Assembly (NCBI GenBank): GCA_023380475.1
Contig: JAMCRD010000006.1
Span: 2,546-66,545 of the forward strand
Length of the DNA: 64,000 nt
Direction of reading: 5' to 3'
DNA from: Patescibacteria group bacterium
GTDB taxonomy: Bacteria > Patescibacteriota > Minisyncoccia > UBA6257 > Colwellbacteraceae
Of the stretch, positions 1-9,053 are shown piece after piece. The notes beneath the pieces are model-generated. The model had not been told where the DNA came from and did no database searches. It saw only the letters and a list, made by a program, of their open reading frames with translations. The position numbers were made by a program, and so were the translations under genes. How positions within the stretch are numbered: position 1 is the stretch's first letter; every line of letters begins with the position of its first letter.

Positions 1-156
1 AATCCACGCTGTGATACTGTTCCCAGATGGCAACCGCCCTTACGGAGATAGATATATGGCGAACCTGCCATTCGACTATCTCAAACCAAGTACGGCACCC
101 CTGCCTTGGAAATTGCTATGGTAATAGCCAAACCATATCGCCTAGCCGCCAGCAAG

Positions 157-756
157 CTATAAAGATCCGTTGCGCCTAGCCATACGGCGGTAAATTCTGA
201 ACATCACGAACAAAACCACGGCGGTGGCAACGACCGCTGCCAGCAAGGTAAAGATATCAGAGGCGTTGCTCCAGTATATACCGAGGATATAACCGACGAA
301 CAAAATGACGGTCGGCTCAATGACGTCACCGATAATGTCCGGGATTATAAAACTCAACAGAGGCACACCGACAAAACCCGCCAAGAGGTTAACCACTGAA
401 CTCAATGAGCCGGCAAAACGGGAAGAAAAAACAGTGCCAGCTGCATCATGACGCAGCTCCTCTTCGAACTGCACAAAAAAACGCGACTGGTCTATTTTCA
501 GCTTGCGGATGATTGTTGCACCGTACCTCCTGGTCAATAGGTAATCCGCCAAATCGCCCAATACATTGCTCGAAACAGCCACAGCCAACGACTCCCATAT
601 ATTAAAATAGCCCTGGCTGGAGAAGGCTCCTACCGCCAGGAGGGTGGCGCTCATCGGTAACGGCAAGATCATTGCCGCGCCAAAATTGAACACAAAGATA
701 GCTGCATATCTGTAGACGAGGACGTATGACAAAATTGAGCTTAGCAACGAACCCAT
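157..756 (-). CDS. DedA/SNARE-associated (TVP38) family membrane protein
   Basis: 199-aa ORF with multi-pass hydrophobic profile and DedA-like core motifs; family recalled from memory, not searched. Confidence 0.55.
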   Translation of the reverse strand: MGSLLSSILSYVLVYRYAAIFVFNFGAAMILPLPMSATLLAVGAFSSQGYFNIWESLAVAVSSNVLGDLADYLLTRRYGATIIRKLKIDQSRFFVQFEEELRHDAAGTVFSSRFAGSLSSVVNLLAGFVGVPLLSFIIPDIIGDVIEPTVILFVGYILGIYWSNASDIFTLLAAVVATAVVLFVMFRIYRRMARRNGSL

Positions 757-760
757 CTGG

Positions 761-1186
761 CTACTGTACCGGATTGGCCTGTTTTATAAGATAGTCACGA
801 ACCGCCGAACTAACCTCCGCAACAGATGTAGCTGTGCTGGTATGGCTCGCCTTGGCGTAGGCATACACCGACATCTGAGGATATCTCGAATCGGAAACAG
901 ACAAGCTCGTTTTTAGATAATCTTCGGGTAGTTTGAACAGTCTATTAATGTAGTCGAAGGTCATCCAGGAAGTTATCAGGCTGACGTCATCTGCCGTCAG
1001 CGAGCCATGTGATCTGAGAAAATCAGAAACTTCAACCCTCTGCTGATCAATAAACTCGAGCCGTTTCAGATGTACTATCGCAATCGCGAAGAAAACCACC
1101 AGCACTACCAAAGCTATACTCAAAAGGATCACTGCGCATTTGAGATAAGCCCTCGATCTGTCACCATGCGGTTGGTCCATATGCAA
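761..1186 (-). CDS. hypothetical membrane-anchored protein
   Basis: 141-aa ORF with a single N-terminal TM helix; 4 bp upstream of DedA-like gene on the same strand. Confidence 0.4.
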   Translation of the reverse strand: MHMDQPHGDRSRAYLKCAVILLSIALVVLVVFFAIAIVHLKRLEFIDQQRVEVSDFLRSHGSLTADDVSLITSWMTFDYINRLFKLPEDYLKTSLSVSDSRYPQMSVYAYAKASHTSTATSVAEVSSAVRDYLIKQANPVQ

Positions 1187-1286
1187 TAAGTATACCTCTG
1201 GCTGGGACTATCGGGTGCATACACCAGCATCTTTAACAAGAAAGAATTGTATTGTTATAATCGTCATGCTAGGTTGTTTCAGCGCC

Positions 1287-1361
1287 GCTTCCGTCGTTCA
1301 ATGGATAGGACACAAGATTGCGGATCTTGTAATCGAGGTTCGACTCCTCGCGGAAGCACCA
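1287..1361 (+). tRNA. tRNA-Arg, anticodon read as GCG
   Basis: Hand-folded cloverleaf: acceptor GCTTCCG/CGGAAGC, D stem GTTC/GGAC, anticodon stem CAAGA/TCTTG with loop TTGCGGA, T arm CGAGG-TTCGACT-CCTCG, encoded CCA. Confidence 0.55.
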
Positions 1362-1381
1362 TTAATTGAGAAACGGCTGGT

Positions 1382-2503
1382 TTGACCCCCTTTCTGGACG
1401 TACCTCCAGATGTCATAATTAATGTTATGAAAATGTTTAATAAGTTATTTTACGCGATCACGGGCGTGTTGTTGTCGATCGCGATGGCGCCGATTGCCTC
1501 GGCTCATGAAGTATATGTGCTTTCACCCAGTTCAATAGCCAAAGCTGTAAACACACCGTCATTCAGCCTGCTAGGCGTCATATCCCAGAACTTGCACGAA
1601 TTCGTATTCTGGGCGTTCATCGGCATCTTAATAGTCTTCTGCGTCCTCATGATATCAACTTCGCACTTACTCGAACGCAAACTCGATCCGCTTCTGGTAA
1701 AAATTAAGAGGTATGCTCCATTTATTGCGCGATTTACGATCGGCATCTCTTTCCTGGCTTGCGCCTATTATCAGGCGACCTTTGGTCCAGAACTGCCTCT
1801 TTCATCCACATTCGGGTCGATCTCAGGACTAATCGCGGTAGTTTTTGCAGCTTTGGGAGTACTGGCTATAGTCGGCTTGTTGGTTCGACCGGCGGCTTTT
1901 ACTGCCCTTGTTATATTTGGAGCTACTATTTGGGTTCATGGTGTCTACATGCTGACCTACGTCAACTATCTCGGCGAAATCATCGTTCTTCTTATACTCG
2001 GCGCCCACAGCTTTAGCCTAGATACGTATTTCGCCACTAGACGAACCAGGAAAAGAAACGATGACCAGGCATCGCCTACCTGGTTATCAAAAGCAAAAAA
2101 CTATCTGGCGCCGCGCAGCTTCGCTATCCTACGCGTTCTTTTCGGGACAGCTCTGGTCTATGCCTCAGCTTATGCCAAGATCATCCACAACAACCTAGCC
2201 CTCTTTACCGTTGAGCGATACCACCTCGATAAAATATTGGGTTTCGAACCACACTTTCTTGTCCTAGGGGCAGCCCTTGTTGAACTTACAATAGGGCTGT
2301 TCTTCGTCCTTGGATTCGAGATACGTTTCACATCTACCTTTTTGTTATTCTGGCTTACCCTCTCGTTAATCTTCTTTGGAGAAATAGTCTGGCCTCATCT
2401 GATCCTAATCGGCATCCCTATAGCCTATATTTTCTACGGTTACGATCGATACTCTCTAGAAGGGTGGCTCTTTAAAAAGAGCAAGCTTGAGCCGATACTT
2501 TAA
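1382..2503 (+). CDS. multi-pass integral membrane protein with N-terminal signal-like segment
   Basis: 373-aa ORF with about 9 hydrophobic helices; start may instead be the internal Met at 1427 (MKMFNKL...IASA|HEV). Confidence 0.5.
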   Translation: MTPFLDVPPDVIINVMKMFNKLFYAITGVLLSIAMAPIASAHEVYVLSPSSIAKAVNTPSFSLLGVISQNLHEFVFWAFIGILIVFCVLMISTSHLLERKLDPLLVKIKRYAPFIARFTIGISFLACAYYQATFGPELPLSSTFGSISGLIAVVFAALGVLAIVGLLVRPAAFTALVIFGATIWVHGVYMLTYVNYLGEIIVLLILGAHSFSLDTYFATRRTRKRNDDQASPTWLSKAKNYLAPRSFAILRVLFGTALVYASAYAKIIHNNLALFTVERYHLDKILGFEPHFLVLGAALVELTIGLFFVLGFEIRFTSTFLLFWLTLSLIFFGEIVWPHLILIGIPIAYIFYGYDRYSLEGWLFKKSKLEPIL

Positions 2504-2511
2504 TAGGAGCC

Positions 2512-2682
2512 ATGCCCAAATCCGATATTAAAATTCCAATTATCATAGCCATAGCACTACTGGTATTGATCGGCGGTTATTTTTACTATGCGGCATCAAC
2601 CAAGAAATCTGCCGGATCGTTCCACGGGCCAACTAGTGCGCCGCATGTAGTCGGGCCACATACCTTGCCCCCGACAAATTAG
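2512..2682 (+). CDS. small membrane protein (56 aa), not in supplied ORF track
   Basis: AGGAG at 2506-2510 followed by ATG 2512; one TM helix (IPIIIAIALLVLIGGYFYY); starts 9 nt after stop of upstream membrane protein gene. Confidence 0.35.
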   Translation: MPKSDIKIPIIIAIALLVLIGGYFYYAASTKKSAGSFHGPTSAPHVVGPHTLPPTN

Positions 2683-2745
2683 TTGATATTTGCTGGGTGA
2701 AAAGTAGAATCTTTATAGCTGATTCGGTGAATCGACGCCACAGCA

Positions 2746-2819
2746 GCGGGTATCGTATAGCGGCATTATGTCGCCCTTCCAAGGCGAAGATACGGGTTCG
2801 ACTCCCGTTACCCGCTCCA
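2746..2819 (+). tRNA. tRNA-Gly(TCC)
   Basis: Acceptor GCGGGTA/TACCCGC, anticodon stem TCGCC/GGCGA with loop CTTCCAA, T loop GGTTCGACTCC, CCA encoded. Confidence 0.75.
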
Positions 2820-3076
2820 ATCATCTGGAGAACTAAATAGAAGCCACTATCGCGCGATCGTGGCTTCTATTGACTCCAAATCAAAAAATGGTATTCTCCA
2901 CCGTGCAGCATACGTCTCCAACCATCGGTATTCTGGAACAAGGGGCGAAGCACAGCACCATGATGTAAAACCAGAAGGTGATACCTCATGCGAGAGCAAA
3001 CTTTAAGACGTTAATTTTCTGCATGCTATGTGATTTATATTACACGACTTTTGATTCAACAAATTTATTTTGAACC

Positions 3077-4306
3077 TTACTCTGTCTGCAAATTATTGCT
3101 ACTAAACTTTTTCTCGAAGACCATCAACACAACCACAGCCACGAAGGCTGCTGCTGCCCCTAGATAGAAGGGCGCCGACGGCCCGACCCGATCCCACAAT
3201 AGTCCCGCCAGGAAGCTAGCGACAAGAGCCGCAACACCAGAAGTCATGCCATATATGCCGAACGCTCTGCCGCGATAGTCTGCGCTGACCATGTCAGCCA
3301 ACAGGGCCTTTGCCACACCCACATCGATTGCATAATAGATGCCATACAAACCGTAGAGCAGCCAGATCATATAGGCTTGTGAAGCAAGAGCGAATCCGAG
3401 ATACACCAATCCGTACACAACCCAGCCTATAATGATGGTGGGGATACGTCCTATCTTGTCGGAAAGCGATCCTACGGGGACGGCAAACAGGGCATATATA
3501 AAATTGAATAGAGCTATGACCAGTGGGATGGCAAGCAATGTAATACCAAGATTCCTAGCACGGAGGATGAGAAATGCGTCAGATGAACTACCAAGGGTGA
3601 AAATAATGACTATTGCCATAAACAGATAGAATGACTGAGGGAGAGCCGATCTACCTTTCGCCGTTACGATCCGCTGCGGAGCTGGCTGGTTGTGGCCGAT
3701 TTCTCTGACCTTCGTCACCAGAATCAGCAAGGTGAAGAAAAGCGGGACAGCGGTAAATATAAGGATATAGCGATACAACTGTGCGCTGCCGCTAAGGAGA
3801 TACAATAGGCCGAATAATATGAGCGGCCCGGCGACCGATCCGAATGTGTCGAGCATACGCACTATGCCGAAACTCTTGCCCCGTGTCTCTTTTTCAGATG
3901 AACCAGCGATAAGAACGTCTTTAGGTGGGTCTTTTATGCCCTTACCGGCGCCGTCCAAGAACCGCAGACCAAAAATCGAGGCGCTGGAGGTGAAAAACGC
4001 AAGGAGCGGACGGCTTACCATCGAAAAGAGGTAGCCGATGAATATTATTGGCTTGCGTCTTTTAAACTTATCAGATAAGAGTCCGGATATAACGCTGAAT
4101 ATGTAACTGCCGGCGTCAACCAAGCCTTCGGCGATACCGACAAACGTCTTATCAAAACCAAGGACGGTGGTGTAGTAAATCGGGATGATCGGCGTGAAGA
4201 TGTCCTGGCTTATCCCACCGAACAGGCTAAGCAAGCCGATGAAGAAAGGGTTTTTGTTTTTAGGCTTGGAGCTGGGATTCGCCTGCGCTGCAGGCTGGTT
4301 CTCCAT
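3077..4306 (-). CDS. MFS transporter
   Basis: 409 aa, 12 predicted TM helices; MFS-like motif region around GLLSDKFKRRKP between TM2 and TM3. Confidence 0.75.
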   Translation of the reverse strand: MENQPAAQANPSSKPKNKNPFFIGLLSLFGGISQDIFTPIIPIYYTTVLGFDKTFVGIAEGLVDAGSYIFSVISGLLSDKFKRRKPIIFIGYLFSMVSRPLLAFFTSSASIFGLRFLDGAGKGIKDPPKDVLIAGSSEKETRGKSFGIVRMLDTFGSVAGPLILFGLLYLLSGSAQLYRYILIFTAVPLFFTLLILVTKVREIGHNQPAPQRIVTAKGRSALPQSFYLFMAIVIIFTLGSSSDAFLILRARNLGITLLAIPLVIALFNFIYALFAVPVGSLSDKIGRIPTIIIGWVVYGLVYLGFALASQAYMIWLLYGLYGIYYAIDVGVAKALLADMVSADYRGRAFGIYGMTSGVAALVASFLAGLLWDRVGPSAPFYLGAAAAFVAVVVLMVFEKKFSSNNLQTE

Positions 4307-4566
4307 GTCTTTAGGTTATCCACAATACAGAGAATTGAAAAGACCGTCGGGTGTAGTAACATTTAGGCAGGACTAGTGTTATTAAAAAGTAATCAAAAAA
4401 GCGTGAACCAATTTCGGTTCACAATTGCCAAACACTAATCTTAAATTAGTTAACACCTGCTTCTTCTTTTAAAATAAATACTACTCCTAAAAGAGCATTC
4501 TTCGGAATGCTCTTTCTTATTCTCGCTAAGTTTATTTTTAGCCGATTATCTGCTAGAATCACCGTA

Positions 4567-4743
4567 ATGAAGCTAACGGTTGGTATGGCCATTATTGCTG
4601 CCGTTCTAGGAACGGCTTTCTATTTATACACAGCTTTGACTACCCAAACCTCTACCCGCTATGCCCAAGCTAAGGACGATACATCCAACCCAGGTGCTTC
4701 CGGCCCAGCCGTGCCGCAAGCTTCTCAATATCAAGGTCTCTAA
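4567..4743 (+). CDS. small hypothetical membrane protein
   Basis: Track ORF 4507-4743 trimmed to internal ATG (MKLTVGM...) because the annotated start lies inside a hairpin; single TM helix; immediately upstream of sigma factor gene. Confidence 0.25.
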   Translation: MKLTVGMAIIAAVLGTAFYLYTALTTQTSTRYAQAKDDTSNPGASGPAVPQASQYQGL

Positions 4744-4782
4744 GCCAATCGCGTAACCGACGGCCAGTCGGTTCCGTTCTAC

Positions 4783-5319
4783 ATGTTAGAGGGCGAGCAA
4801 AAACTGGTGGAAAGGGCAAAGAGTGGTGATTCCTCCGCCTTTGGCCTGCTATATGATTACTACTTGCCCAGAATCTACCGGTTCGTCCTTATAAAAGTAG
4901 GCCAGCGTGAGGTGGCGGAGGACATCACTCATCTAGCATTTTTAAAAGCTTGGGAGAATATAGATCGTTACTTCTACCGCGGCTACTCCTTCGGGAGTTG
5001 GCTATATAAGGTGGCAAGGAACACGCTAACCGATCACTATCGTGATCGCAATAGTTCTACCCAAGTACATCTCGACGATATTTTCATCGAGCCAGAGTCA
5101 GACAAACCCCGACCCGGCGAAAACATCGATATAAAGTTAGAGAGCGAAAGGATTATGGCAGCTCTCTTAAAACTTTCAGCGTTGGAACAGGATGTAGTGA
5201 TAATGAGATTAGTGGATGACCTACCAACCAAAGAAGTTGCGGAAGCCGTAGGTAAGAGCGAGGGTGCTATCAAATTGATACAGCACCGCGCCATAAAAAA
5301 GTTAAAAGAGCTTTTGTAA
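4783..5319 (+). CDS. ECF-type RNA polymerase sigma-70 family factor
   Basis: 178 aa; region 2 (YYLPRIYRFV...HLAFLKAWEN) and region 4 HTH (DLPTKEVAEAVGKSEGAIKLIQHRAIKKLKELL). Confidence 0.8.
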   Translation: MLEGEQKLVERAKSGDSSAFGLLYDYYLPRIYRFVLIKVGQREVAEDITHLAFLKAWENIDRYFYRGYSFGSWLYKVARNTLTDHYRDRNSSTQVHLDDIFIEPESDKPRPGENIDIKLESERIMAALLKLSALEQDVVIMRLVDDLPTKEVAEAVGKSEGAIKLIQHRAIKKLKELL

Positions 5320-5321
5320 AA

Positions 5322-5837
5322 ATGAGTCCGGAAGATAAATTAATCACACAATTGAACAATCTCAGAAGGATCAACCCTTCGGAAGATTTTGCTAGCAAGT
5401 TGAGAATTGAACTCCTTTCCACGCCGCGGACGGAAAGGAAGCACTTTTGGAAACTTACCGGCTTCAGGCTGTCTATCAAAGAGAGCTTGGGTTTTGCTGC
5501 TTCAGTTGCAGTAGTAGCAGCCTTAATACTGGCTTTTATAGACCTGACCCCTCAAACAGCTAGCCCGCTAATTGGTACCAACATTCCAGGAGCAGAGAGT
5601 ACAAATATGCTAAATGCCGCAAATGCTGCAGTCAGCGACATAAATATCCACCTCGATGAAGTTAACTCGTTTAGTGCTGCAGCCAAGCAAACCAGCAAAG
5701 CCCTGTCGGACATCAATCCATCCGCAGTAAATACCGGATCGCTTAACAGCGAGAATAACAGCATTAATGCCTCGTCCACCGACAGCAACAGCGCTTCCCA
5801 GATAAACAGCATCCTCGACGAGGTATCGAACAATTAA
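5322..5837 (+). CDS. putative anti-sigma factor (single-pass membrane protein)
   Basis: Starts 3 nt after sigma factor stop; short cytoplasmic N-terminus, one TM (LGFAASVAVVAALILAFIDL), Ser/Asn-rich extracytoplasmic tail; assigned by architecture and position. Confidence 0.4.
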   Translation: MSPEDKLITQLNNLRRINPSEDFASKLRIELLSTPRTERKHFWKLTGFRLSIKESLGFAASVAVVAALILAFIDLTPQTASPLIGTNIPGAESTNMLNAANAAVSDINIHLDEVNSFSAAAKQTSKALSDINPSAVNTGSLNSENNSINASSTDSNSASQINSILDEVSNN

Positions 5838-5838
5838 G

Positions 5839-6711
5839 ATGAACAAGAAGGCTATAAAATATCTAACCGCCGCTGTGCTGATTACAGCCGCCGCAACCTC
5901 AGTTAGCGCGGCTCTAGCTGACACCAACTCGATTAATAACGGCATTACCTCGGTTCAGAACGAGGTTAACAATCTGATCAATATCCGCAGCAGTCAGTCT
6001 ATCTCCGATGGAACCAAGACAGCGCAGGAAATTGCTGCCCAGAAGAAAGTGTTAAAAGGAGTTATAGCTCTGTCTGATAATGAGATATCTACAGCTCAAG
6101 AGAAACTAAATAACCTGCCGACCTTCGATGAAAACAGTGAGGCATATGTGTTGCAGAGCAACTATCTAGCCGAGTTGGCTTCCTATAGCAAATATTTCGC
6201 AGCTGAAGGATTAATTATATCCAACGCAACAACCTCAGACCAACTGCAGGCTGTAGCTGCAGACATAAAAGCTTTCCGCAACTCGGGATACAACAGCGAG
6301 ATATACAATATGATCACGTTCACCCTGCTCTACTACGATGCCGACATAATATCGACAGCCAATAGCCGCCTGAACAGCATCGAGACGGACATAACGAGTC
6401 TCAGCCAACTTCTAGCTAACCAGTCAGCTTTGAACAGTGAATTGAACAAGGCAAGCGGCTTAATCAGCGAAGCTTCAGACCTGCACGACCAGGCCAGCGC
6501 GCTAATACTCCAAAATTCCTCATCCACTGCATCTACGACCGCTACCAGCAGCCTCACGATTGCAATCTCCGGCTCTGCGGCAACTACAACCTCAGCAACC
6601 AGCACGCCCGACCCAAGAAGCATCCTCGAAAAAAGCATCACCAACGTGAAGAACGCCTATCAAATATTCATAGACGTAGCGAACAGCATCAAAACCCAGC
6701 TTAATCCCTAA
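5839..6711 (+). CDS. secreted Ser/Thr/Asn-rich coiled-coil protein
   Basis: Signal peptide MNKKAIKYLTAAVLITAAATSVSAALA; low-complexity Ser/Thr-rich C-terminus; third gene of sigma operon. Confidence 0.5.
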   Translation: MNKKAIKYLTAAVLITAAATSVSAALADTNSINNGITSVQNEVNNLINIRSSQSISDGTKTAQEIAAQKKVLKGVIALSDNEISTAQEKLNNLPTFDENSEAYVLQSNYLAELASYSKYFAAEGLIISNATTSDQLQAVAADIKAFRNSGYNSEIYNMITFTLLYYDADIISTANSRLNSIETDITSLSQLLANQSALNSELNKASGLISEASDLHDQASALILQNSSSTASTTATSSLTIAISGSAATTTSATSTPDPRSILEKSITNVKNAYQIFIDVANSIKTQLNP

Positions 6712-6733
6712 CAACCTCTTATTTGATGATATT

Positions 6734-6758
6734 AAATCCCGCCGAGCTGGCGGGATTT
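6734..6758. terminator. bidirectional hairpin between convergent genes
   Basis: AAATCCCGCC-gagct-GGCGGGATTT with A/T-rich flanks on both sides; lies between stop of 5839-6711 (+) and stop of hup (-). Confidence 0.4.
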
Positions 6759-6785
6759 AATATCGATTGAAAGTACTGTTCCAGA

Positions 6786-7061
6786 CTAGGCCACTGCTTC
6801 CTTGAGTAGTTTGCCAGCCCTAAACTTCGGGGCAGTCTTAGCTGGGATCTGTATCTTCTCTCCAGTCTTCGGGTTAATGCCCATTCGAGCTGCGCGCTTC
6901 GATACGCGAAATACCCCAAAACCAGCGATAGCTACCTCTTCGCCGCGAGCAAGGGACTTAACGATAGTTTCAAAGACAGCTTCTACCGTCATTTCAGCCT
7001 GCTTCTTGGTTTCAAGCCCAGCTGCTTTCATTACCGCTTCCACTAATTCAGGTTTTTTCAT
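6786..7061 (-). CDS. hup: DNA-binding protein HU
   Basis: 91-aa product from internal ATG (MKKPELVEAV...AGFGVFRVSKRAARMGINPKTGEKIQIPAKTAPKFRAGK) matching HU/IHF family; track ORF has 17-aa upstream extension. Confidence 0.85.
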   Translation of the reverse strand: MKKPELVEAVMKAAGLETKKQAEMTVEAVFETIVKSLARGEEVAIAGFGVFRVSKRAARMGINPKTGEKIQIPAKTAPKFRAGKLLKEAVA

Positions 7062-7162
7062 ATAAGTTTTCTTTGCTTTTCTTCGACCTTTGCTTTTGTT
7101 TGCCCCGAGCAAAAGGATTGACTAACCTACTAGGCTCCCCTGCTCGAAAACTCTAGGAATAT

Positions 7163-7191
7163 TCTAGCAAGTTAGGGCCCGGGACTCAATT
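7163..7191 (-). promoter_or_regulatory. candidate sigma-70 promoter for hup
   Basis: On minus strand TTGAGT-17 nt-TAGAAT; would give a 5' UTR of about 95 nt. Confidence 0.3.
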
Positions 7192-7257
7192 CACAAAAGT
7201 ACAACCAAAGAATTATGTCAACTGGAGGAAGCGCTAGGGTAAAAAGAGATGCGATAG

Positions 7258-7302
7258 TAAAAAGAGACCCCAACCTCTCTAAAAGGAGAGGATGGGGCCA
7301 GT
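7258..7302 (-). terminator. rho-independent terminator downstream of rny
   Basis: Minus-strand RNA CCCCAUCCUCUCC-UUUU-AGAGAGGUUGGGG followed by UCUCUUUUUA. Confidence 0.5.
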
Positions 7303-7455
7303 CCTGACTAGTGGTCTGTGGGCGTATGCATCAGTTCTGATGCTTTAGTAAGGTTTTCTCGAGGAGTTGCCGAGCCGAAACCAAGCAATCCGGTGAGGGA
7401 AACCTAAAGCCCACAGGCCACCGATCAGGCGAGATATATCCTAGCTTAGAGCGGG

Positions 7456-8958
7456 TTAGCGTGCAAACTCCACCGCCCGCATTTCCCGGATCACATTAAC
7501 CTTTATCTCTCCGGGATATTTAATATCTGATTCTATCCGGTTGGCGATATCGCGAGCCAGCTGTAGCGCTCGGAAGTCATCAACCTGCTCGGGAACGACG
7601 AATACCCTCAGCTCCCGTCCGGCGGAGATGGCGTAAGCGTTCTTAACGCCTGGGAAGGAAGCTGCTATCCTTTCCAGATCTTCCAGACGCTTGATGTAAT
7701 TTTCCATCGTACCGCGGCGCGCTCCTGGTCGAGCCGCTGAAAGGACGTCGGCTGCACCGACAATGAATGCTTCCGGCGTCTCAAAAGGATAGTCTTCATG
7801 ATGCGATTCCATAGCCTTTATAACCGCCTCATCGACACCGTATTTCTTAAGGATTTTGCGACCCAGTTCGACGTGCGTACCCTGCACCTCATGATCTATA
7901 GCCTTACCTATGTCATGCAGCAGCGCCCCCCGCTTGGCAATATCAACGTTAGCCCCGAGTTCGGAAGCAATCATGCCAGAGATATGAGCCATTTCCACGG
8001 AATGAGTCAGCACGTTCTGGCCAAAGCTACTACGGAAGTTCAGCCGACCTAGTAAATGGATTATCTCTTTAGGCAGATCGAAAACACCCACTTCATAAGC
8101 CGCTTGTTCACCAATCTCGTACATCCGCTTCTCCATCTCAGCCTTAGCTTCCTCAACTTTCTCTTCGATCTTAGCCGGCTGGATGCGGCCGTCCTTGATC
8201 AGTTTTTCCAATGCCAGCTTGGTAATTTCGCGGCGCAGCGGATCGAAGGACGAAATAATCAGTGTTTCTGGATTCTCGTCCACGATTAGCTCGGTGCCGG
8301 TCAGACGTTCCAAAGTCCTTATGTTACGCCCCTCCCGGCCGATGATCTTACCCTTAAGATCCTCTGAGGGAAGAGTAAACGAAGAAGTGGTAAGTTCGGA
8401 GACACTGGATCGGGAATAACGCTGAATGGCGCTGGTTATGATGCCAACACTCTGTTTCTCCACCTCTTCCCTACCTTCACGCAGTATTTTTTGGCTCAGT
8501 TTGGCTAAGTCGTTGCTATATGAGTCTTCTACTTCCTTGAACAGCCGATTCTTAGCTTCGTCCGGTGTAAGCCCGGCGATCTTTGACAACTCGGTCTCCA
8601 GCGATGCTCTGCTTTTCTCAACGTCGGCCGATTTTACTTCCAGATCTTTAAGACCTTGATCAAGCTTTGCCTTGTCGCCATTGAGGATTTCTTCCCGCTT
8701 GGCCAAGCGATCCTCGGCTTTGTCTAGAGATGTTTTGCGTTCCTTTTCTTCATGCTGGGCTTCGTCCAGCAAAGTGACAGCCTTCTTTTTGGCCTGCAGG
8801 ATTATATCCTGGGCCTCGTTCTCGATTTTGAGAGATTGCTCTTTGATGCGCCGTTCGAGGGAACTAGCACGCCGTGTGCCTATTAGTTCTCGAATAGCGT
8901 AACCGATAGCGAGCCCCAGAACTAAAAGACCCGCCAATACAATTGGTTCGTAATTCAT
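7456..8958 (-). CDS. rny: ribonuclease Y
   Basis: 500 aa: N-terminal TM, long coiled coil, KH domain, HD domain (HSVEMAHISGMIASELG...LLHDIGKA). Confidence 0.9.
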   Translation of the reverse strand: MNYEPIVLAGLLVLGLAIGYAIRELIGTRRASSLERRIKEQSLKIENEAQDIILQAKKKAVTLLDEAQHEEKERKTSLDKAEDRLAKREEILNGDKAKLDQGLKDLEVKSADVEKSRASLETELSKIAGLTPDEAKNRLFKEVEDSYSNDLAKLSQKILREGREEVEKQSVGIITSAIQRYSRSSVSELTTSSFTLPSEDLKGKIIGREGRNIRTLERLTGTELIVDENPETLIISSFDPLRREITKLALEKLIKDGRIQPAKIEEKVEEAKAEMEKRMYEIGEQAAYEVGVFDLPKEIIHLLGRLNFRSSFGQNVLTHSVEMAHISGMIASELGANVDIAKRGALLHDIGKAIDHEVQGTHVELGRKILKKYGVDEAVIKAMESHHEDYPFETPEAFIVGAADVLSAARPGARRGTMENYIKRLEDLERIAASFPGVKNAYAISAGRELRVFVVPEQVDDFRALQLARDIANRIESDIKYPGEIKVNVIREMRAVEFAR

Positions 8959-9053
8959 TTAAAATTGTTTGGAATTGGTTTTTCATTTACGATCCTACCT
9001 ATCTTAGGTCTTGGGTAGGTCTATTGTCAAAACCATATACTTACTTCAATCAG

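Noticed and set aside
2-124. Partial plus-strand reading frame at the left edge ending at TAA 122-124 (..YMANLPFDYLKPSTAPLPWKLLW*)
   Set aside because: Only 40 codons visible, no recognisable motif, and the start lies outside the window, so it cannot be supported as a gene.
2633-2824. 63-aa minus-strand ORF
   Set aside because: Entirely overlaps tRNA-Gly(TCC) and the 3' end of the small SD-preceded plus-strand ORF; it is an antisense artefact.
4380-4420. Hairpin GTGAACC-aattt-cGGTTCAC upstream of the MFS gene as its terminator
   Set aside because: It lies upstream, not downstream, of the minus-strand MFS gene, and there is no minus-strand gene above it to terminate.
7113-7455. SRP RNA or RNase P RNA in the rny-hup gap
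   Set aside because: Only a partial GUCAGG similarity; no conserved domain IV or P4 sequences.
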